Positions 10,681 to 19,789 of a stretch of DNA of 29,089 bases are shown here, piece by piece. The first letter of the stretch is position 1. Each line of letters opens with the position of its first letter. The position numbers were made by a program, and so were the translations under genes. The notes beneath the pieces were generated by a model, which was given only the letters and a program-made list of their open reading frames with translations, ran no database searches and was not told the origin of the DNA. Origin of the DNA: Octopus sinensis (Eukaryota); assembly GCF_006345805.1 (NCBI RefSeq), contig NW_021833323.1:1-29089 (forward strand), given 5' to 3'.

Positions 10681-11121
10681 TGCCCAGAATAGAAGCTCCA
10701 TGTAATCACAGCAGGAGTTGCTGGAAAATTGGATGGGAGTGGCTGATGAAAGGAATCCTAAAAAACGAGACCGGGCGCTCTATACAGGCAACGCAAGTCC
10801 AAGTTTTGGCCACGAACTGGAGGGTCATCATTAGGTATGAGCAAGCGTCACAGTTGTGCTGCATCTGCAATAGAGTGGATGAAACCATTGCCCATATCAT
10901 GAATGAATGTCATAGACCTTCCCCAAACCACTACAAGTCCTAGCGAAACGACCAGGTGGCGAAAGTGCTACATTGGAAACTGTACGAGAAATGGGGGCTA
11001 GAGAGAGAGGTAAGACGGGTTATGGGTAAAACCGCAGAGAGACTAGCAAAATCCTCTAGGATTTCACAATCCAAACAGATCAGTTGCTAGCGCATAACAG
11101 ACTGGATCTGGCGGTTGTGGA
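10681..11121 (+). mobile_element. R4/Dong-like LINE internal fragment (CCHC knuckle to start of REL domain)
   Basis: WEWLMKGILKNETGRSIQATQVQVLATNW...LCCICNRVDETIAHIMNEC...YKS*RNDQVAKVLHWKLYEKWG, then frameshifted DFTIQTDQLLAHNRLDLAVV. Confidence 0.85.
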
Positions 11122-11313
11122 AGAAGAAGAAGAAGAAGAATAGGAAGAAGAAGAAGAAGAAGGAGAAGGAGGAGGAGGAGGAGGAGAAGAAGAAGAAGGA
11201 GATGAAGAAGGGGAAGAAGAAGAAGGGGATGAAGAAGGGGAAGAAGAAGAAGGGGATGAAGAAGGGGAAGAAGAAGAAGAAGAAGAAGAAGAAGAAGAAG
11301 AAGAAGAAGAAGA
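11119..11313. repeat. (GAA)n/(GAG)n purine tract with a ~27 bp higher-order unit
   Basis: GATGAAGAAGGGGAAGAAGAAGAAGGG recurs three times from ~11201. Confidence 0.9.
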
Positions 11314-11329
11314 ATATCAATCCCAAAGT

Positions 11330-11600
11330 AAGGAAAGGTTGCTAGTGTCAGTTAAGTATGAAGGAGTATTGAAAGCAGAGAAAAAAAAGGGAAAAACAAG
11401 AAATACAAAAAGAACATGAAGAAGCATAACGTAACAAGGGATTACAGAACCAATTCCAAGCAGCCACAAACATCGGTGGGATTGCTTGAAGAAAGGATCA
11501 CTGAAAAAGAGATTGAGAGCTCTATGCTAGTAGTGAAAGACTAAGCTTTGGCCACGTAATGGAAGGTCAACCTTAGGAATGAGCAAGTATCTCCGCTGTG
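11330..11600 (+). mobile_element. Degenerate R4/Dong-like LINE internal fragment
   Basis: WDCLKKGSLKKEIESSMLVVKD*ALAT*WKVNLRNEQVSPL parallels the 10735-10860 segment. Confidence 0.7.
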
Positions 11601-11819
11601 AGAACAATTAACACTCACGTAAATATTGTTTTAAATTCCATTTGGTTTGCAAATGAGCAATCCGCTGTGTTGTTTATTTTTATGGCATGTCAAAAAGATA
11701 TGCGGTGATTTTCTTTGCCCTAGGTATCGGGAAGACAGTCGGCAAGAAATGGAAACAAAATTGAAAGAATGAAAACTCATTCTAATAATAATGATGATGA
11801 TGATGATGACAAAACAACA

Positions 11820-11873
<54 letters not shown>

Positions 11874-11875
11874 TA

Positions 11876-11906
<31 letters not shown>

Positions 11907-11913
11907 AATAATA

Positions 11914-11945
11914 ATAATTGGAGCATTGGGTATGATAAATGAAAT
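11914..11945 (+). mobile_element. Tiny R4-like REL fragment after (TAA)n
   Basis: ATA ATT GGA GCA TTG GGT ATG ATA = IIGALGMI, the (V/I)IGALG motif of the REL C-terminal region; too short to be sure. Confidence 0.45.
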
Positions 11946-12339
11946 GCTATACACATCGCAGCAGCAAGGTGGTGTAGCAAGGGGTAAAGTAGAAATTTGC
12001 CTGAAACTACCAAATTTTGAACAATAATTATAATGATAATTTGACTGGAACTACCAAATAACAAAAGCAAAATAAAAAGAGCAATAGACACATAATCATA
12101 AATAGAATGAAATGTTGATTTATGATTTAAGCACACAACTAAGTAACACTACTCCAAAAACATACAGGTATAAACTCATACAGTAAATACCCAATAAAAT
12201 GAACAACCCCCACAATATGGGCCATAGAAGGCCGATATCCAACAGAAGAACACAACCTGTATTGCACAAAAAACATACAATATGACACCTGGTACTGCAA
12301 AAGACTCAAACGAAACCCCATAAAAAACATACTGATGCA

Positions 12340-13578
12340 ATACAATATAGAATCAGCAATACATAGGGAAACCAGACACAAACGAAATATAAAAACCCAG
12401 AAAGAGAACAGAAATTATCTGACTGGTAGGAGAATGCTTTGCATGGTAGATTACCAAAGGTAGTTGCAGCAAATAGTAGTAGTAAGACAGGATTATGGTT
12501 TCAGAAAGGAAGGCTAAAAAAGGAAACAGAAAGTTAGTGAGTAGGAGCACAATATCAAGTAATAAGGACTAATTTAATAAAAGCCAAGATAGACAAAAAG
12601 ACAAGTAGATTATCAACGTAGGTTATGCAAAAGAAAAGACGAAAGTGTTCCTCATATAGTAAGTAAATATAGCATGCTGGTACAGAAAGAATACAAGAAA
12701 AAGACATAATAACATAGAAAGAGTAATCCACTAGGTGTTATGTAGTGAAGGCGCATGGCTCAGTGGTTAGAGCGTCGAGCTTACGATCGTGAGGTTGTGA
12801 GCTCGAATCCCGGACCGGGCTGCGTGTTGTGTTCGTGAGCAAAGCACTTTATTTCACGTTGCTCCAGTTCACTCAGCTGTAGAAATGAGTTGCGACGTCA
12901 CTGGTGCCAAGCTGTATCGACCTTCGTCTTTCCCTTGAATAACACTGGTGGCGTGGAGAGGGGAGGCTGGTATGCATGGGCGACTGGTGGTCTTCCATAA
13001 ACAACCTTGCCCGGACTTGTGTCTAGGGGGGTAACTTTCTAGGTGCAATCCCATGGTCATTCATGACCGAAGGGGGTCTTTACCCTATGTAGGACGCTAG
13101 GATTTTACCATACTGAAAGTACTAGAAAGTTAGACATATAAGATATTGTAGGAGTTTAACATTCAAACTGAAAGAATAATAGAAGCTTGAAGGCCTGATT
13201 TAGTAGTAGTAAATAAAGAGAAGAGAAAATGCCAGATAATTGACTTTACAATCCCAAATGATGAAAAAAAATCAATATCAGTGGTATAGAGAAAAAATAA
13301 CAATTACCAGATTCTAGCCATTGAGTTAATGAGGCTATGGAAAAAAACCGGCTAAAATGTATCCCAGTAGTTATTGGTGCATGAGGAACTGTCCCTAAAG
13401 ATTTGAACAGATGGATAGAGGAACTTGACATAAAACCCAATTTCGTACAATCTCCAGAAAACAATGTTCTTAGAGACAGCTAGGATACTTAGGAGGGTTC
13501 TTGGCATCTAAGGTTATTTGGCGTGACCCGATGTTACGAATGTTTCTTTTAAACCGTTTATTCTCTTGTGAATATATA
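12340..13578 (+). mobile_element. R4/Dong-like REL LINE 3' portion (subfamily c), interrupted by a SINE
   Basis: W*ENALHG...WFQKGRLKKETE...IKAKIDK, RLCKRKDESVPHIVS...QKEYK, HNNIERVIH*VLC; after the SINE: EFNIQTERIIEA*RPDLVVVNKEKRKCQIIDF (PD at 13194-13199, D at 13242-13244), IELMRLW, CIPVVIGA*GTVPK, ETARILRRVLGI* (stop 13509-13511), UTR, (TAA)n. May extend upstream to ~12050. Confidence 0.9.
12746..13085 (+). mobile_element. Full-length tRNA-derived SINE, family T, with 7 bp TSD
   Basis: A box TGGCTCAGTGG, B-box-like GAGCTCGAATCC, 3' end GGGGGTCTTTACCC; TATGTAG duplicated at 12739-12745 and 13086-13092. Confidence 0.92.
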
Positions 13579-13674
<96 letters not shown>

Positions 13675-13680
13675 GATGAA

Positions 13681-13735
<55 letters not shown>
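13579..13735. repeat. (TAA)n-(TGA)n-(ATT)n compound microsatellite
   Basis: Triplet polarity flips from AAT to ATT at ~13680. Confidence 0.92.
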
Positions 13736-13736
<1 letters not shown>

Positions 13737-13938
13737 CTACTCTAGACACAAGGCATTGAAAATGTTTGAGGGAAGGGGGCGAGTCGATTACATCGACCCC
13801 ACTGCGTAACTGGAACTTATTTCATCGACCCCGAAACGATGAAAAGCAAAGGCGACCTCGGCAGAATTTGAACTCACAACATAGCGGCAAACGAAATACT
13901 GGTAAGCATTTCAACCGGCGTTCTAACGAGTCAGCCAA
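13736..13938 (-). mobile_element. Family M SINE (tail variant CTACTCTAGACACAAGG)
   Basis: Core ATCGACCCCGAAACGATGAAAAGCAAAGGCGACCTCGGCAGAATTTGAACTC. Confidence 0.8.
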
Positions 13939-13954
13939 ATAATAATAATAATGA

Positions 13955-14007
<53 letters not shown>

Positions 14008-14011
14008 ATAA

Positions 14012-14068
<57 letters not shown>

Positions 14069-14090
14069 TAATAATAATAATAATAACTCT

Positions 14091-14535
14091 GCCCTGATGC
14101 AGTACCAGGCAATATCCCGCATGGCTTCTGATCTTCATTGTTTTGTTTCTTGGTATAAAAGATGGGCTACAGCAAATATTCTGCTCAATACCACATATTT
14201 CCTTGTCAGTTGTTTGACCTTAACCAGTTGAGCATGTCCCTTAGTGGCTGACAATATGTGCATATCTGACCACGAGCAGAAGTCCTGGGGGAGCATCATA
14301 GTCGTGTGTTGAGAGGGATTCTTTGGGGTTTTAATAATTCACCTCTGGAAACAAGGTTGTTTTGTTCAACATCCTTAACAAACCTTATTCAGGGACCTTT
14401 TGAGCAAATCTGTGGTATTAAGCAGTATATTTGCTGTAGCCCATCTATTATACCAAGACAAAACAATTTACATAACACTTCCAATGAGTTAAGATCAGAA
14501 GCCACGAGAGCCACTGCCTGGTACTGCATTAGAGC
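14091..14535. mobile_element. Two-headed chimera of the 545 bp (TAA)n-embedded element
   Basis: 14091-14405 is the 5' ~315 bp on plus and 14403-14535 is the 5' ~135 bp on minus; both align to the full copy at 14681-15225. Confidence 0.85.
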
Positions 14536-14586
14536 ATAGTTTTTATTATCATTGTTACTATTATTATTATTATTATTATTATATTA

Positions 14587-14617
<31 letters not shown>

Positions 14618-14645
14618 GTTATTATTATTATTATTATTTTTATTA

Positions 14646-14680
<35 letters not shown>

Positions 14681-14681
<1 letters not shown>

Positions 14682-15225
14682 GAGTGAGAGAGCAGTTCAT
14701 GCCATCAAAGTGACACTGGGGTGAAATATACGAAGCCCAATATACCCATCATGACTACCCGTCTGATAAGGGTACACCAGGCACATGCATCACAACCATA
14801 TGTGCGCGACATGGTGATCTCATATCAAGATAAACAGCACATGACCTTGCAGTTGGGGCCCAGTTAGAATTTTCTTCAGTTGAGTTGCCCATCCCGCTCA
14901 AAAGGTCCCTGAATAAGGGTTGTTTAAGGATGTTGAAAGAACCACCCATGTTTCCAGAGGTGAATTATTCAAACTCCAAAGAATCCCTCTCAACACATGG
15001 CTATGATGCTCCCCCACTACTTCTGCTCGTGATCAGAGATGCACACATCGTCAGCCACTAAGGGACATGCTCAACTGGTTAAGTCAAACAACTGACAAGC
15101 AAACTGTGGTATTGAGCAGAATATTTGCTGTAGCCCATCTTTTATACCAAGACAAAACAATGTACATGATAACACTTCAATCAGTTAAGATCAGAAGCCA
15201 TGAGAGCCCTGCCTGGTACTGCATC
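14681..15225 (-). mobile_element. ~545 bp non-coding element embedded in (TAA)n, probably a non-autonomous retroelement
   Basis: Minus strand runs GATGCAGTACCAGGCAGGGCTCTCATGGC... to ...CTGCTCTCTCACTCAATAATAAT, flanked on both sides by plus-strand (ATT)n; no coherent ORF. Confidence 0.8.
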
Positions 15226-15379
15226 TATTATTATTATTATTATTATTATATTATTATTTATTATTATTAATTATTATTATTATTATTGAGAATTACTCTC
15301 ATAAACTTAACTCAATCTTTGCGTCAATGAAAAAATCGTCGAAGCCATCATCAAAATAGTCGCCGTTGCCGGCGTCACG

Positions 15380-15782
15380 TTTATTTTATAATTAACATCA
15401 TTATAATTATCTCCGTCGTTATCAGCGTCACCCTCATCATCGTCCTCGTTATCGCCATCAAAACCATTATCAAAGTTATAATCGTAACACCGCTCTGTAG
15501 TATCCTCTTCCTCGTTGTCATCATCATCATCATCATCATCATCATCACCACCACCACCATCATCAATACGGCTGCTCTATTTATCTTGCCTCTTTTTCAT
15601 CCACCTCAACCCTTCTTATTCGTCTTCCGCTACACTTCACCGTGGTCAATAAAGAAAAACTCTGTTGGCCCTAAATGCATAAATAACCTTACTGATGCGA
15701 ATATAATTCGAATAAATGAAGCTTTCTTTTATTTTCCACCACTTCCTCCTTCTACTTCTACTGGTTACTGCTATCTGGTTAC

Positions 15783-15830
<48 letters not shown>

Positions 15831-15991
15831 CAATATTATCATCATCATCATCATCGTCATCATCGTCATCATCAGCATCATCACCACCATCCTTATTAGA
15901 ATTATCATCATCTTCATCATCATCATTATTATTATTATTATTATTATAATCATTATCATCATCATCACCATTATTATTATTATTATTATTA

Positions 15992-16032
<41 letters not shown>

Positions 16033-16330
16033 ATTATTATTATCATCATCAACATCATTATTATCATTATTGTTATTATTATTATTATTATCATCATCAT
16101 TATTATTATTATTTTTATTATTATTACTATTATTGTTGTTGTTGTTGTTGTTATCATGATCTGCATCATTATCGCCATCCTCATAATCATCATCGTTTTC
16201 CTCCCACGTGTCGTCGTCGTCGTGGTCGCCATCGCCATCGCTGTCATCTTCATCATCATCATCACCATCATCATGACTTTTGTTGTTGTTGTTGTTGCTG
16301 TTTTTGTTGTTGTTGTTGTGGTTGTTATCA
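15380..16330. repeat. (ATC)n/(ATT)n/(GTT)n trinucleotide mosaic with short unique spacer
   Basis: Direct inspection; source of the 261, 232 and 186 aa homopolymeric ORFs. Confidence 0.9.
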
Positions 16331-16562
16331 TAATATGGAATCATTTGGGGAAATTCTCGACGGACATTTAACGTCAGAATTTGTCATCTGTTAATTTTAA
16401 TTGTCCATAATAATTAAAGTAATTATAACTTTTTGAAACTCTTTGGTAGCAGACGACTAGCCGAGAGGACGGACATTCGTTCTGGTTTCCCTTACTGCTG
16501 CGTGTCCGTAACCGAGAAGCAGTTAACTGTATCAAGCTCTACATTTATGGTGGTGTGAAGAA

Positions 16563-16851
16563 CGACGATGATGATGTTGATGATGAAGATGATGATGATG
16601 ATAATGATGGTGATGATAATGATGATGACGATGACAACGACGATGATGATGATGATGACGACGACGATGATGACGATGATGGCGGCGGCGGCGGTGGTGG
16701 TGGTGATGGTAATGATGAGTGGCGCATGTTTAATGTTATTCATGGTGGTGGTTGTATTAGTGGTGGTAGTGGTTGTGGTAGTGGTGGTGGTAGTGGTGGT
16801 GGTGGTAGTGGTAGTGGTGGTGGTGGTGGTGGTGGTGGTATTATTGGTGGT
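16563..16851. repeat. (GAT)n to (GGC/GGT)n trinucleotide mosaic
   Basis: Direct inspection. Confidence 0.9.
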
Positions 16852-17075
16852 GGCGAGCTGGCAGAAACGTTAGCACGCCGGGCGAAATGCTTTGCGGTAT
16901 TTCGTCTACCGTTACGTTCTGAGTTCAAATTCCGCCGAGGTCGACTTTGCCTTTCATCCTTTCGAGGTCGATAAATTAAGTAGCAGTTACGCACTGGGGT
17001 CGATATAATCGACTTAATCCCCTTGTTTGTCCCCTCTGTGTTTAGCCCCTTGTGGGTAGTAAAGAAATAGGTATT
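16852..17075 (+). mobile_element. Young family M SINE (tRNA head, conserved core, tail)
   Basis: A-box-like TGGCAGAAACG at 16859-16869, B box GAGTTCAAATTCC at 16921-16933, core GTCGACTTTGCCTTTCATCCTTTCGAGGTCGATAAATTAAGTAGCAG; ends AAGAAATAGGTATT. Confidence 0.9.
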
Positions 17076-17390
17076 ATTGGTGGTAGTGTTGCTGGTGGTG
17101 GTGATGATGAAGATGGGTGGGGGATGGTTAATATTATTGATGGTGGTAGTGGTGCTGGTGCTGGTGGTGGCGGTTGTAGTGCTGGTGTTGGTAGTGGTGG
17201 TTTTGACGGTTGTTGTGGTGGTGGTGGTGGTGATAAAGAAGATGGGTGGGGGATGGTTAATATTATTAATGGTAGTGATGGTGTTAGTTCTGCTGCTGGT
17301 GCTGGTAGTGGTGGTTGTGATGGTTGTGATGGTTGTGGTGTAGTGTTCGTGGTGATGATGCCGGCATCCTTAGTTATCGTGATGATGAGG
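17076..17390. repeat. (GGT)n-rich low-complexity tract with an internal 129 bp-period duplication
   Basis: An identical 30-mer starts at 17109 and 17238. Confidence 0.85.
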
Positions 17391-17995
17391 AGTAGCACCA
17401 GATCAGTACTAATTGAGGAGAGCTGTTATCAACGACATTCTATCTTTGACGAACTCGCCGGTTGTTCAGATTTAGTTTCTTTTCTTTCTGTGTCGTTTTT
17501 GTTCTTTTTTTTATTTTGTGTTTAAGGTACGGAGAGGTTACTTTTAAATTGAGCAACCTTTCAACCCGATATTTCTTCGCTCTATTTTTAGTCTCACCTT
17601 GCATGCACACCAGATAAGATTATCACAATATGCTTAATTTTCCCCAAGACCGTTGTTCCTAACGTTCTCATTTCTCAACCCACATTCCTTTAACAACTTT
17701 TAAAAATTGTATCATCCAGGTACACACATACACAGAGTCAAAAACATGCGCACACATACACACGTACACACACAATAACACATACACACTACTTCAGTCA
17801 GCGGATACATGCATACAGCGGATACATGCATACACACAAACACACACACACACACACACACATCACAGCACACATATTCACATATTCGCCCTTTATAAAA
17901 GCAAACACTCATTGCAACGCATTCACCACAAATATATGCATACACACATACACAGATACATACATACATACGCACACACATACATACATATAAAT

Positions 17996-18383
17996 AGTGG
18001 CTGTGTGGTAAGTAGCTTGCTTACCAACCACATGGTTCCGGGTTCTCCCACTGCGTGGCACCTTGGGCTGGTGTCTTCCACTATAGCCTCGCGCCGACCA
18101 AAGCCTTGTAAGTGGATTTGGTAGACGGAACTGAAAGAAGCTCGTCGTATATATGTGTATGTATATATATGTGTTTGTGTTTGTGTGTCTGTGTTTGTCT
18201 CCAAAACAGCTCTTGACAACCGATGCTGGTGTATTTACGGCCCCGTAATATAGCGGTTCGGCAAAAGAAACCGATAGAATAAGTACTAGGCTTACATAGA
18301 AGAAGTCCAGGGGTAGATTTGCTCGACTAAAGGCGGTGCTCCAGCATGGCCGCAGCCAAATGTGTGAAACCAGTAAAAGAGTA

Positions 18384-18386
<3 letters not shown>
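17996..18386 (+). mobile_element. tRNA-derived SINE, family C, near full length
   Basis: AGTGGCTGTGTGGTAAG...GGTTCCGGGTTCTCCC, CORE-like GCACCTTGGGCTGGTGTCTTC, internal TG/TA tract; ends GAAACCAGTAAAAGAGTAAGA. Confidence 0.88.
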
Positions 18387-18421
<35 letters not shown>

Positions 18422-18459
18422 CTTACTCTTTTACTGGTTTATATATATATATATATATA

Positions 18460-18661
18460 AAGTTAATCCAAACATGAAAACACAAAGAGAAAACACAGCA
18501 CCGCGAGGACATGGAGCAAATATAGTATTATTGAACGCTTAGGAAGGAAAGGAAGATGGGGGGTTTAACGTTTCGAGCGGAGCTCTTCGTCAGAAACATA
18601 GGAAAAGGAAAGATCCAGAGAAGGGAAGACGGAGGAAAAAAATCGCCAACGGTACACACGC
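18460..18661 (-). mobile_element. Penelope-like pseudo-LTR / solo non-coding repeat carrying a hammerhead
   Basis: ~200 bp unit next to (TA)n with a PLE-style minimal HHR; same layout as 19574-19745 and 28365-28545. Confidence 0.7.
18563..18597 (-). ncRNA. Minimal type I hammerhead ribozyme motif (dimer type)
   Basis: Minus strand: GUUU-CUGACGA-A-GAGC-UCC-GCUC-GAAAC-GUU^-AAAC. Stem I is 4 bp, stem II is 4 bp, and stem III is reduced to the palindrome AACGUU. Confidence 0.8.
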
Positions 18662-18664
18662 GAT

Positions 18665-19023
18665 AAGGTCGCCATACATAGGAACCATTTATTTTGTTAT
18701 AAGAAACAGTTTATAAGAACAGTATTTTCTTTATTTAACAGACTCTATATGCTTACGATTGCTTTGAATACACATTGCAATACGTTTACCCCACTCATTG
18801 TGAACTCATAATAGCACATGTTGTGATACGTGTGCAAAGGAGTTGGTGATACGTTCCTTCTAATCCTTTATGTCTTCTACCTTTCCGCGATAGACCATGC
18901 CTTTCAAATGTTCCCAAAGATAGAAATCAAGAGGGTCAAATTAGGGAATCTAGGGGATTTTATGAACTGTCTCTTATAAAAAAATAAATTTTTCCTATGT
19001 ATGGAGACTTTCGAATCACCCTA
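18665..19023 (-). mobile_element. Internally deleted IS630-Tc1-mariner element (DDD type) with transposase C-terminal relic
   Basis: The right TIR (reverse complement TAGGGTGATTCGAAAGTCTCCATACATAGGAA, next to TA) matches left AAGGTCGCCATACATAGGAA. Minus strand ~18955-18731 reads PRFPNLT, frameshift, LDFYLWEHLKGMVY...KERIT...EWGKRIAMCIQSNRKHIESVK*, the SPDLTPLDF.LWG.LK motif. Confidence 0.82.
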
Positions 19024-19312
19024 TATATGTATATACATGTATATATTTATATACATTAGATCCGCTCGCAGAAAAAAAAATTATAAATACATCTTTCCCT
19101 AAAACATGGCATTGCAAGCGGAATTTAAAGATCTGAGAAACTGTAATTTCCCCCTTTTTTACTATTTTAATTCTCACACTGTTTTTTTTTTTTTTCTTTT
19201 TTTCAGTATGACTTGTCGACCATCACTGAAATTAATGAACCTTGTACATTCTAACAAATTAATATACAGTTTTAATTTCAAACTTACACCTCTTTTGAAC
19301 ATGATAATTTAT

Positions 19313-19397
19313 CAACATTGAAACATTTTAATTTAACAACATTGGAACATTTCAGTTTGTCAACGTTGAAACATTTTGATTTTGTCAACATTGAAGC
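19313..19397. repeat. Imperfect 24-25 bp minisatellite, ~3.5 units
   Basis: CAAC(A/G)TTG(A/G)A starts at 19313, 19337, 19361 and 19386. Confidence 0.75.
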
Positions 19398-19573
19398 TTA
19401 TAATGATGTTTTTATAATTTTACACTTTTATCATAAATAAACAAAAAATATTTTTGAAACTAGTTTGGTACATATGTAAATAAATGTATGTTAAACAATT
19501 ACGAGTTTCTGAAATTTAAGTGCATTTTCAACAACACATTTTCTTATATATATATATAGAGAGAGAGAGAGTG

Positions 19574-19745
19574 AGTTGAAGAAAAAAAAACAAAAGACGA
19601 AGACAGGTGGTGTACAAAACAAACAGATGTATTAGTATAACGCTCAAGAATAGAAAAAGTTTTTTACGTTTCGAGCCTACGCGCTTCTACAGAAGGGGAC
19701 ACAGAAAAAACAAGGAGAGAAAAAATGTGTGTAGTGACTAACGAT
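19574..19745 (-). mobile_element. Penelope-like pseudo-LTR fragment with a core-variant hammerhead
   Basis: Minus strand ...CTT-CTGTAGA-AGCGCGTAGGCTC-GAAAC-GTA-AAAA; flanked by (TA)n/(GA)n. Confidence 0.65.
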
Positions 19746-19748
19746 CTA

Positions 19749-19785
<37 letters not shown>

Positions 19786-19789
<4 letters not shown>

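Noticed and set aside
10743-10749. CTGATGA here and at 20657-20663 and 21946-21952
   Set aside because: No stem II, GAAA or stem I; the first lies within R4 coding sequence.
12746-12825. tRNA gene calls at SINE heads (also 3306, 6271, 16852, 17996)
   Set aside because: A/B boxes are present, but there is no complete cloverleaf and each runs into a repeated SINE body.
14091-14250. HDV-like ribozyme at the head of the 545 bp element
   Set aside because: Plausible for an R4-related 5' end, but I could not assign the P1/P2/P3/P1.1 pairings by eye; only a GCC(C)UG/CAGGC hairpin is visible.
17590-17660. Minus-strand donor AAG|GTGAGA with upstream peptide KIKHIVIILSG, reminiscent of Nubp2/Mrp ATPases
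   Set aside because: The following GKGGVGKS P-loop is absent, there is no acceptor, and an in-frame stop lies close upstream.
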